Origin: an uncultured Christensenellaceae bacterium
Lineage (GTDB): Bacteria > Bacillota > Clostridia > Christensenellales > Christensenellaceae
NCBI GenBank assembly: GCA_964371185.1
Contig: CAYJNC010000001.1
Coordinates: 1 to 37,991, forward strand
Reading direction: 5' to 3'
DNA: 37,991 nt
Shown here piece by piece: positions 8,820 through 16,102 of the stretch. The position numbers were made by a program, and so were the translations under genes. The notes under the pieces were generated by a model. The model searched no databases. It had not been told where the DNA came from and saw nothing but the letters and a program-made list of their open reading frames with translations. Positions within the stretch are counted from its first letter, which is position 1; each line of letters begins with the position of its first letter.

Positions 8820-8845
8820 ATTATTAAAATTAATCGCAGAATTCG

Positions 8846-8874
8846 TTGACATAGCCTATAAAATGACTTACTTT
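8846..8874 (+). promoter_or_regulatory. Candidate promoter of the BMC operon
   Basis: TTGACA (8846-8851), 17-nt spacer, weak -10 TACTTT (8869-8874). About 60 nt upstream of the pduL ATG. Confidence 0.35.
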
Positions 8875-8937
8875 AATAGTGTGGTGGGTATGATAAAACG
8901 TAAAAAAATAGTTTTTAAAAGGAACGAGAAAATATAA

Positions 8938-9561
8938 ATGGATGCAAAAGAAATCAGACAATCGGTGTTGTTTGCACTGAATAGGGCTACAAATAAAAAA
9001 TATGTGTTCGGTGCGGTATCAAACAGGCATGTACATTTATGCCAAGAAGATATAGAAACCCTTTTTGGAAAGGGATATGAGCTGACAATTGCAAAACCGT
9101 TATCTCAACCCGATCAATATGCGGCAAAAGAGACGGTTACTCTGATAGGTAAAAAAGGACAAATAGAAAACATTAGGGTATTAGGCCCAAAAAGACCGGA
9201 AACACAGGTGGAAATATCCATAACAGATTCATTTAAGTTGGGGATACCTCAAGACATAAGAATGTCGGGCGACATAAAAGGCAGCCCGGGTGGAATATTA
9301 AAAACTCAAAACGGAAGTGTAACATTAAAAGAAGGCGTTATTGTATCGGCCAGACACTTGCATATATCAGAAGAACAAGCAGCAGACTACGGTCTTTTTG
9401 ATGGACAAAGAATTTCTTTGCAAACATTAGGCGAGCGTTCTGTTGTATTTAATAATGTGTTGGTAAGAAGTGGTAAAGGGCACGATTTAGAAGTGCACCT
9501 TGATATGGACGAAGCGAATGCGGCAGGCTTTAAAAATGGAGACGTATTAGAATTAGTGTAG
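8938..9561 (+). CDS. pduL: Phosphate propanoyl/acyl-transferase PduL (BMC-associated phosphotransacylase)
   Basis: 207 aa. Two PduL half-domains with VSNRHVHL and SARHLHIS motifs. A roughly 25-aa N-terminal extension precedes the first motif. Confidence 0.9.
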   Translation: MDAKEIRQSVLFALNRATNKKYVFGAVSNRHVHLCQEDIETLFGKGYELTIAKPLSQPDQYAAKETVTLIGKKGQIENIRVLGPKRPETQVEISITDSFKLGIPQDIRMSGDIKGSPGGILKTQNGSVTLKEGVIVSARHLHISEEQAADYGLFDGQRISLQTLGERSVVFNNVLVRSGKGHDLEVHLDMDEANAAGFKNGDVLELV

Positions 9562-9577
9562 CAAAACAGGAGCATAG

Positions 9578-10252
9578 ATGACTGAAAAAGAGCTAAACAT
9601 ATTAATTAACAGAATAGCCGAAGAAGTTTTATTCAGAATAAATCAAGCAGCGCCAAAAGACGAAAAGGTAGAAGGCACAATCGTATTAGTAACATCGTAC
9701 GTTCCATCGCTAAAAACGGCGGTTGAAACTATTGAAAGCTTGTATGAAAAAGAAGAGTATGTTGCGTGTGATGTTGAGTTTGATTTGATAGGTAAGCAAG
9801 TTACTCTTCTTGGCGAAAGTAATGAGGCGGTTGTGTTAGAAAAGGTGGCCGGCAGTGCAAACATTGTAATTTTAACACCAAAGATTTCTTTGCTGGAAAG
9901 AATTGCACACGGAAACGATGATAATTTTACCGAACATGCAATAATGCGGGCACTGCTTTGGGGAAGAAATGTAGAAGTGCTGTTAGACTTTGTGCCCCCA
10001 CGGTTCAAAAGAAACACATTTTTTGAAAAAATAGTAACGGTGATAGAGACGTTAGAAGAAATGGGTGTAAAAGTACTTAGCTATAAGTGCTCGGTAGCGG
10101 TAGATGAAGACAGGTTGGCGTTAGTTACCGAAACAGAAGTGATAGACGCATACAAGGCAGGAAAAGAAAAGATAAATTGTGCGTCAAAGGCGATTGTTAC
10201 ACCATCTGCTAAGGATAAAGCGGCAGAACTGGGAATAATAATAAACTATTAG
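9578..10252 (+). CDS. BMC-operon protein of unknown function with an encapsulation-peptide-like N-terminus
   Basis: 224 aa. The N-terminus TEKELNILINRIAEEVLFRI is an amphipathic helix like PduP/PduD targeting peptides. The core has a Rossmann-like pattern (IVLVTS..., IVILTPKISLLERIAHGNDDNF). The C-terminus ends in KAIVTPSAKDKAAELGIIINY. I cannot assign a family. Confidence 0.6.
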   Translation: MTEKELNILINRIAEEVLFRINQAAPKDEKVEGTIVLVTSYVPSLKTAVETIESLYEKEEYVACDVEFDLIGKQVTLLGESNEAVVLEKVAGSANIVILTPKISLLERIAHGNDDNFTEHAIMRALLWGRNVEVLLDFVPPRFKRNTFFEKIVTVIETLEEMGVKVLSYKCSVAVDEDRLALVTETEVIDAYKAGKEKINCASKAIVTPSAKDKAAELGIIINY

Positions 10253-10261
10253 AGGTGAAAT

Positions 10262-10570
10262 ATGCAACTTGCAAGAGTAAAAGGAACGGTAGTAAGCACA
10301 AACAAGGCCGAGAAAATGTTGGGTTTAAAACTATTGATAGTAAAGCCGATAGAAATAGAGACATTTGAAGAAAAAGGTGGCTTGTTAGTTGTTGTAGATG
10401 CTGTCGGTGCGGGTGAAGGAGAGTTAGTAATGCTTGTCGGAGGAAGTTCATCACGGGCGACAGAAATTACCGATGGTAAGCCGGTAGACATGTCAATAGT
10501 TGCAATAATAGATTCTGTTGAAGTTGAAGGCATACGAATATTTGAAAAATTTAAAGAAGATAAAAAGTAG
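10262..10570 (+). CDS. BMC-P pentameric vertex protein (EutN/CcmL/PduN family), paralog 1
   Basis: 102 aa. MQLARVKGTVVSTNK...LLIVKPIE...VVVDAVGAGEGELVMLVGGSSSR is the canonical EutN/CcmL pattern. Confidence 0.9.
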   Translation: MQLARVKGTVVSTNKAEKMLGLKLLIVKPIEIETFEEKGGLLVVVDAVGAGEGELVMLVGGSSSRATEITDGKPVDMSIVAIIDSVEVEGIRIFEKFKEDKK

Positions 10571-10581
10571 AGGAGTAAGTT

Positions 10582-11964
10582 ATGTCGTTAAATGGGCAAG
10601 ATATTAAAAAGATAGTAGAAGAAACCATGCAACAACTTTGTAATTCAAGTGAATTTTTGTTTGAAGATGCAAACGATGCGGTAAGAAGTGCAAAAGAATC
10701 TCAAAAAGTTTTGGGAAAAATGACACTTGAGCAACGTGGCAAATTGATTGCCAAAATGCGTGAAGTTGCACTCGAAAACAAGGTGTATTTAGCAGAGTTG
10801 GCACATAATGAAACAGGCTACGGAAGTGTTGAACATAAAATATTGAAAAATGAGTTGGCGGCAAATAAGACTCCCGGTGTGGAAGATTTAAGAACAAATG
10901 CGTATAGCGGAGACAACGGTTTAACTATCGTAGAATATGCGCCTTACGGTGTGATAGGTTCTATAACACCTTCTACAAATCCAACCTCTACAATAATAAA
11001 CAATTCTATAAGCATGATAGCTTCGGGTAATGCGGTTGTATATAACCCGCATCCGGCGGCAAAAAAATGTTCGCAAGAGGCTATGAGGTTGATGAACGAG
11101 GCCATTATTTCGGCAGGCGGTCCGGCTACGCTCATAACATCTGTAGTAAAACCAAGTTTGCAAAGCGGTCAAGTTATCATGAACCATAAGGATATTAAGA
11201 TATTGTCGGTAACGGGTGGCGAAGCGGTTGTTGAGGTGGCTATGAAAACAGGTAAGAAGGTTATAGCGGCAGGCCCCGGAAATCCGCCGGTTATAGTAGA
11301 TAACACCGCAAACATAAATCAGGCGGCAAAAGACATTGTTGATGGTGCAAGCTTTGACAATAATGTGTTGTGTGTTGCCGAAAAAGAAGTTTTTGCGTTT
11401 TCTGACATCGCAGACAGCCTGATGGCAGGCATGGAGCAGAACGGAGCAAAAAGAATTTATGGTGATGAAATAGACAAAGTAGTGAAGACCGTACTTGTAA
11501 ATAAAGATGGAAAATATGTTATTAACAGAGACTTCGTCGGCAAACCGGCGGTTCATATATTAAGAGAAGCAGGTGTAAGTTTTAGCGGTTCTCCGCGTTT
11601 GGTAATAGCGGAAGTAACGGCAGACCACCCGTTTGTATGGGTAGAGATGCTTATGCCTGTTTTGGGAATTGTGCGAGTAAATTCTATTGAAAGCGCAATA
11701 GATCATGCGATAGCTGCAGAGCAAGGTTGCCAACACTCGGCCATGATACATTCGACAAACATTAAAAACTTGTCTATGGCGGCAAGTGCTATGAACACTA
11801 CAATATTTGTTAAGAATGCACCTTCGTATTCGGGTCTTGGGTTTGGCGGCGAGGGGTATACAACTCTTACCATAGCTACTCCGACAGGCGAAGGGTTAAC
11901 GAGTGCCATATCATTTACACGTGCAAGACGTTGTGTGTTAAAAGGGGATTTCAGAATAATCTGA
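10582..11964 (+). CDS. CoA-acylating aldehyde dehydrogenase (PduP/EutE type)
   Basis: 460 aa. Catalytic-Cys context FDNNVLCVAEKE and GPGNPPV motif. The N-terminal GQDIKKIVEETMQQL helix precedes the conserved core. Confidence 0.9.
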   Translation: MSLNGQDIKKIVEETMQQLCNSSEFLFEDANDAVRSAKESQKVLGKMTLEQRGKLIAKMREVALENKVYLAELAHNETGYGSVEHKILKNELAANKTPGVEDLRTNAYSGDNGLTIVEYAPYGVIGSITPSTNPTSTIINNSISMIASGNAVVYNPHPAAKKCSQEAMRLMNEAIISAGGPATLITSVVKPSLQSGQVIMNHKDIKILSVTGGEAVVEVAMKTGKKVIAAGPGNPPVIVDNTANINQAAKDIVDGASFDNNVLCVAEKEVFAFSDIADSLMAGMEQNGAKRIYGDEIDKVVKTVLVNKDGKYVINRDFVGKPAVHILREAGVSFSGSPRLVIAEVTADHPFVWVEMLMPVLGIVRVNSIESAIDHAIAAEQGCQHSAMIHSTNIKNLSMAASAMNTTIFVKNAPSYSGLGFGGEGYTTLTIATPTGEGLTSAISFTRARRCVLKGDFRII

Positions 11965-11974
11965 AGAGAAAACA

Positions 11975-13282
11975 ATGAATATAGCCGAACAAATTAGAGA
12001 AGCGGGAATAATTGGTGCAGGTGGTGCAGGGTTCCCGACTCATGTAAAAGTTAATACAAAAGCGGAATATGTGGTTGCAAACGGAGCCGAATGCGAGCCT
12101 TTATTGCGTGTTGACCAACAGGTAATGCAATATGAAGCAAAAAAAGTAGTGGCCGGTTTGGGTGCGATAATGCAACACACAGAAGCAAAAAAAGGTGTGA
12201 TAGCACTAAAAAGGCATTATAAAGATGCGATAGCCGCTTTAAGCAAAGAGCTTACGGCCGGCATGAGCCTTCATATTATGAAAGGGTATTATCCGGCCGG
12301 AGACGAACAACAAATTGTGTATGAAGTAACGGGAAAAGTGGTGCCGACGGGCGGTATCCCCTTAGATGTAGGTGCGGTTGTCTGCAATGTGAGTACCTTG
12401 ATGGAAATTGCAAACGCAATGGAAGGAAAGACAGTAACGGAAAAGTTTGTGACGGTCGGAGGTGCGGTAAAAACACCTAAAACGTTCAAAGTTCCGATTG
12501 GGATAACAGCAAAAGAATTGATAGATGCGGCCGGCGGTACGACTTGCGATTGCGTGTATATAGTTGGCGGGCCTTGTATGGGTGCGGTTAGGGAAGCTAC
12601 AGATTTCCCGATTACAAAAACAACCGGTGGTATTTTGGCAATACCCAAAGGGCATAGCATACTCGCAAAAAAATCAGAAAAAATGAACAGACAACTAATA
12701 CAAGCTGTCTGTTGCCAGTGTTCTATGTGTACACAAATGTGCCCAAGAAACATGCTCGGTTTAAATGTGGAACCTCATAAGGCTATGCGAGCGGTTGTGA
12801 GCGGTGCGGCGTTTAAGGAAGAAACGGCAAATGGGATATTCTCTTGCTGTGATTGCGGAATTTGCACATATTATGCCTGCAACTTTGGTTTGAAACCATC
12901 AAAGGTAATGGGCGAGTTTAAATCACAGATGATAAAAGCCGGAGTAAAGCCTAAAAAAGAAGTACGATATTCGGTTGACAGCAATATAGAGCAAAAGAAA
13001 TTACCGGTTTCTCGTATGGTGTCGAGGTTAGGGCTGAGTGAATATGATGTTGAGGCGCCTATGAATCAAATGCTTATGAATACGTCAATGGTGAGAATAC
13101 CACTTAAAATGCACATAGGAGCGCCATCTGTGCCGGTTGTTAAGGCGGGAGATATGGTGAAAAAAGGTCAGCTTATTGCCGACATTGCACCAAAGGCTTT
13201 AGGGGCAAAGGTGCATTCGAGCATAGACGGACAAGTTTTTGAAGTGACGGAAGAACGGATAGAAATAAGAGGTGTTAGATGA
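11975..13282 (+). CDS. PduS-like / RnfC-like Fe-S flavoprotein (NADH-binding, SLBB, two 4Fe-4S motifs, C-terminal barrel-sandwich domain)
   Basis: 435 aa. GAGGAGFPTHVK nucleotide/flavin motif. CCQCSMCTQMCP (CxxCxxCxxxCP) and CCDCGICTYYAC. The C-terminal IPLKMHIGAPSVPVVKAGDMVKKGQLIA resembles the RnfC hybrid-barrel domain. Confidence 0.8.
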   Translation: MNIAEQIREAGIIGAGGAGFPTHVKVNTKAEYVVANGAECEPLLRVDQQVMQYEAKKVVAGLGAIMQHTEAKKGVIALKRHYKDAIAALSKELTAGMSLHIMKGYYPAGDEQQIVYEVTGKVVPTGGIPLDVGAVVCNVSTLMEIANAMEGKTVTEKFVTVGGAVKTPKTFKVPIGITAKELIDAAGGTTCDCVYIVGGPCMGAVREATDFPITKTTGGILAIPKGHSILAKKSEKMNRQLIQAVCCQCSMCTQMCPRNMLGLNVEPHKAMRAVVSGAAFKEETANGIFSCCDCGICTYYACNFGLKPSKVMGEFKSQMIKAGVKPKKEVRYSVDSNIEQKKLPVSRMVSRLGLSEYDVEAPMNQMLMNTSMVRIPLKMHIGAPSVPVVKAGDMVKKGQLIADIAPKALGAKVHSSIDGQVFEVTEERIEIRGVR

Positions 13283-13827
13283 TGAAAGCGTTAGGCATGG
13301 TAGAGGTAGCGTCTATCCCAAACGGCATAAAAATAGGAGATGCAATGCTAAAAGCGGCATCGGTTGAACTTGTTTTTGCACAAGCGGTCTGTGCCGGAAA
13401 ATATATTGCAGTTGTTTCCGGTGACGTGGCGGCAGTTGAAGAAAGCGTTCGTGTCGGTACAAAACAATGCGAAAGCCAGCTTATAGACAGTCTTGTTTTA
13501 TCTACGGTGCATGAAGATGTCTTTTCGGCAATAAATGCCTGTAGCGAGATAGGAAATGTGGGTGCACTTGGTGTGATGGAAACATTTTCACTGTGTGCGG
13601 CGGTGATAGTTGCGGATGCGGCGGCCAAAGCGGCCGACATAAAATTAATAGAAGTTAGGTTAGGTCGAGGGCTGGGTGGAAAAGCTTTCATCACTATGAC
13701 GGGTGAAGTTTCGGCGGTTGAATCGGCGATAAAAGCGGCACAAGGAGTGCCAAGCATACAAGGGTTGATGTCGGCAAGTGTAGTAATACCTTCGCCGCAT
13801 ACTGATATAGTAAATTCACTATTATAA
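13279..13827 (+). CDS. Tandem-BMC-domain shell protein (BMC-T, PduT-like)
   Basis: 182 aa with two canonical BMC domains ([11 protein letters not shown]...[10 protein letters not shown] and [10 protein letters not shown]...[10 protein letters not shown]). A single Cys sits in AVCAGKY at residue 38. The start overlaps the PduS-like stop (ATGA). Confidence 0.85.
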   Translation: MMKALGMVEVASIPNGIKIGDAMLKAASVELVFAQAVCAGKYIAVVSGDVAAVEESVRVGTKQCESQLIDSLVLSTVHEDVFSAINACSEIGNVGALGVMETFSLCAAVIVADAAAKAADIKLIEVRLGRGLGGKAFITMTGEVSAVESAIKAAQGVPSIQGLMSASVVIPSPHTDIVNSLL

Positions 13828-13846
13828 ATATTTAGGAGGAAAATTT

Positions 13847-14146
13847 ATGTCTAAGCAAGCACTTGGAATGGTAGAAACAAAGGGATTAATCGGAGCAATT
13901 GAGGCGGCAGACGCAATGGTTAAGGCGGCAGACGTAACACTTTGCGGAAAAGAACAAATCGGTAGCGGTCTTGTAACCGTAATGGTACGTGGCGATGTAG
14001 GTGCTGTTAAAGCGTCGGTAGATGCAGGAGCGGCGGCCGCAAAAAGAGTCGGCGATTTATACGGAGTTCACGTAATCCCGAGCCCGCATAATGATACAGA
14101 AGTAATTTTGCCTGCGCCAAAAGCAACACCGGCGGCAAAGAAATAA
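13847..14146 (+). CDS. BMC-H hexameric shell protein (PduA/EutM-like), copy 1, with Pro/Lys-rich C-terminal tail
   Basis: 99 aa. [26 protein letters not shown]...[19 protein letters not shown]. Tail is [12 protein letters not shown]. Confidence 0.93.
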   Translation: MSKQALGMVETKGLIGAIEAADAMVKAADVTLCGKEQIGSGLVTVMVRGDVGAVKASVDAGAAAAKRVGDLYGVHVIPSPHNDTEVILPAPKATPAAKK

Positions 14147-14147
14147 A

Positions 14148-14414
14148 ATGTATGTCGGTAAAGTTATCGGTCGGGTAGTATCGACCGTAAAAGACGAGAA
14201 CTTAAATAATATTCCGTTGCTTATTGTTAGGCAAATAGAAAACGGAAAGAATACGAAAGTATTGATTGCCACAGATGCCACAAGGCAAGCGGGCAAAGGA
14301 GATTTTGTTTATTTGATAGGGTCTAAAGAGGCGTCACGTTTGTTTAGAAAAAAGTATACGCCGACCGACGCATCAATAGTCGGATTTATAGATTCGTATC
14401 ATGAAAAATTATAA
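14148..14414 (+). CDS. BMC-P vertex protein (EutN/CcmL family), paralog 2
   Basis: 88 aa. MYVGKVIGRVVSTVKDENLNNIPLLIVRQIE. Starts 1 nt after the BMC-H stop. Confidence 0.88.
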   Translation: MYVGKVIGRVVSTVKDENLNNIPLLIVRQIENGKNTKVLIATDATRQAGKGDFVYLIGSKEASRLFRKKYTPTDASIVGFIDSYHEKL

Positions 14415-14427
14415 TTGAGGTGAAATC

Positions 14428-14706
14428 ATGCAAAAATTAGCACTTGGAATGGTAGAAACAAAAGGTTTAATAGGCGCAATTGAGGCGGCAGACGCAATGG
14501 TTAAAGCGGCAGACGTAACACTTTGCGGAAAAGAACAAATCGGTAGCGGTCTTGTAACCGTAATGGTACGTGGCGACGTTGGAGCTGTTAAGGCGGCTGT
14601 AGATGCAGGAGCGGCGGCCGCAAAAAGGGTTGGCGATTTATACGGAGTTCACGTAATCCCGAGCCCGAATGGCGATGTAGAAGCAATTTTACCTAAAGCA
14701 AAATAA
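14428..14706 (+). CDS. BMC-H hexameric shell protein, copy 2
   Basis: 92 aa. Essentially identical core to copy 1. Confidence 0.93.
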   Translation: MQKLALGMVETKGLIGAIEAADAMVKAADVTLCGKEQIGSGLVTVMVRGDVGAVKAAVDAGAAAAKRVGDLYGVHVIPSPNGDVEAILPKAK

Positions 14707-14769
14707 AATTGTTAAAAACGATAAACGTACTGCCTATATATTTTTTAGGCAAAAAGAAAGGAAATTAAA

Positions 14770-15042
14770 ATGCAAAAACAAGCACTTGGAATGGTAGAAA
14801 CAAAAGGTTTAATAGGCGCAATTGAGGCGGCAGACGCAATGGTTAAAGCGGCAGACGTAACACTTTGCAAAAAAGAACAAATCGGCAGCGGACTTGTAAC
14901 CGTTATGGTTCGTGGCGATGTTGGTGCTGTTAAGGCGGCTGTAGATGCAGGCGCGGCGGCTGCAAAAAGAGTTGGCGATTTATATGGAGTTCATGTAATC
15001 CCGAGCCCTCATGGCGATGTTGAAAGCATAATTGCTAAATAA
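14770..15042 (+). CDS. BMC-H hexameric shell protein, copy 3
   Basis: 90 aa. Same core, with Gly to Lys in TLCKKEQIG. Confidence 0.93.
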   Translation: MQKQALGMVETKGLIGAIEAADAMVKAADVTLCKKEQIGSGLVTVMVRGDVGAVKAAVDAGAAAAKRVGDLYGVHVIPSPHGDVESIIAK

Positions 15043-15045
15043 GAT

Positions 15046-15333
15046 ATGAAAATTGCCAGAGTTGTAGGAAATGTTGTTTCAACAATAAAAGAAGAAACAT
15101 ACAACGGATACAAATTAATGATAGTAGAGTATCTTGATGAAAACGGCAAGCCCGAGGGAAGCAGGGTAATAGCATTCGATGCCGCACAAGCAGGTATAGG
15201 AGATATTGTATTAGTTAATGTAGATGGTGGAGCCGCAAACATGATGCTTGATAAAGACATAATAGCAGACCTAACAATTTGCGGAGTATTAGACAGCATT
15301 ACCTATGAAAATGAAATGAAACAATTAAGTTGA
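15046..15333 (+). CDS. BMC-P vertex protein (EutN/CcmL family), paralog 3
   Basis: 95 aa. MKIARVVGNVVSTIKEETYNGYKLMIVEYLD...AFDAAQAGIGDIVLV. Confidence 0.88.
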   Translation: MKIARVVGNVVSTIKEETYNGYKLMIVEYLDENGKPEGSRVIAFDAAQAGIGDIVLVNVDGGAANMMLDKDIIADLTICGVLDSITYENEMKQLS

Positions 15334-15346
15334 ATGGCGGGAAATT

Positions 15347-16093
15347 ATGGTAGATATTAAAAGGTTGATAGATGAAGTTAGTGCACAGGTAGGGGGCTTC
15401 ATGCCTACTGCTTATGTAAATGATGCAGTTTCAATAAGCGAGATACCGTCAAAATTAGAACACTCGTTGTTAAACCCGGATATTACAGAAAATAAGATCC
15501 GTGAAGAGTGTGCTAAGGCAAGAAGATATGGTGTTGCGGCCGTGTGTGTTGCACCCTACTATGTCGGTGTAATAAGAGAATGTTTAGCAGGTTCGACGGT
15601 TAAAGTTGGGACGGCAATAGGCTTTCCGCATGGATGCTTGTCTACGGCTTCTAAGGTTGCAGAAGCAAAAGAGTGTATTGAGAATGGCGCAAACGAAATT
15701 GATGTTTCGTTAAATATTTTGGCTATAAAATCTCAGAACATGGCAGACGCAAGAAAAGATTTAGAAACCGTTTTAGATGTATGCAGAGGAAAAGCGCTTG
15801 TTAAAGTTGTGTTTGAACACGCCGTTTACTCAGACGATGAAAAAATTGCGGTTCTTAACATGATACGTACGTGTGGTGCGGAATTTGTTAAGATTCAAAA
15901 TGTTCTGAGTGGCAAGGGTGCAGATGCAAACGACATACGTTTTGCAAAAGAAATATTGGGCAATAATGTGGGGATAAAGATAGACGGTGGAGTAAAAACA
16001 CTTGCTAAGGCAGAAGAATTGATTTTGGCAGGTGCAGACAGAATAGGTTTAACGGCCACAATAGAAATCGCAAAAGAGGCTCTGTTGAAGTAG
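15347..16093 (+). CDS. deoC: Deoxyribose-phosphate aldolase family protein (DeoC paralog 1, divergent) with N-terminal extension
   Basis: 248 aa. LEHSLLNPDIT, AVCVAPYYV, EIDVSLNI, VKVVFEH (Schiff-base Lys context), FVKIQNVLSGKGA in place of the canonical [18 protein letters not shown] roughly 33-aa N-terminal extension contains VDIKRLIDEVSAQV. Confidence 0.8.
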   Translation: MVDIKRLIDEVSAQVGGFMPTAYVNDAVSISEIPSKLEHSLLNPDITENKIREECAKARRYGVAAVCVAPYYVGVIRECLAGSTVKVGTAIGFPHGCLSTASKVAEAKECIENGANEIDVSLNILAIKSQNMADARKDLETVLDVCRGKALVKVVFEHAVYSDDEKIAVLNMIRTCGAEFVKIQNVLSGKGADANDIRFAKEILGNNVGIKIDGGVKTLAKAEELILAGADRIGLTATIEIAKEALLK

Positions 16094-16102
16094 GAGATAC
16101 CC

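Larger units (their letters stand above)
13859..15012 (+). repeat. Three dispersed ~230-bp near-identical DNA repeats (BMC-H cores: 13859-14089, 14440-14670, 14782-15012)
   Basis: Manual codon alignment shows about a dozen substitutions between copies 1 and 2 over about 231 nt. One run of about 70 nt is identical (gcggcagacgtaacactttgcgg...gtacgtggcga). Confidence 0.85.

Noticed and set aside
13275-13757. 160-aa antisense ORF opposite the PduT-like gene. Similar long antisense ORFs lie at 1125-1664, 2073-2921, 10921-11556, 12289-12753, 18988-19716, 21810-22331, 22908-23351, 23935-24435, 30421-30960 and 37505-37945.
   Set aside because: These are shadow ORFs fully inside strongly supported sense genes. 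They have low-complexity or compositionally odd translations, no RBS and no recognisable motifs.
13279-13827. The tandem BMC protein as a EutL/PduB-type (permuted) BMC-T
   Set aside because: Its length (182 aa) and its two non-permuted domains, each starting with the ALGM/ALGV strand, fit PduT-type architecture. EutL/PduB-type proteins are longer and circularly permuted.
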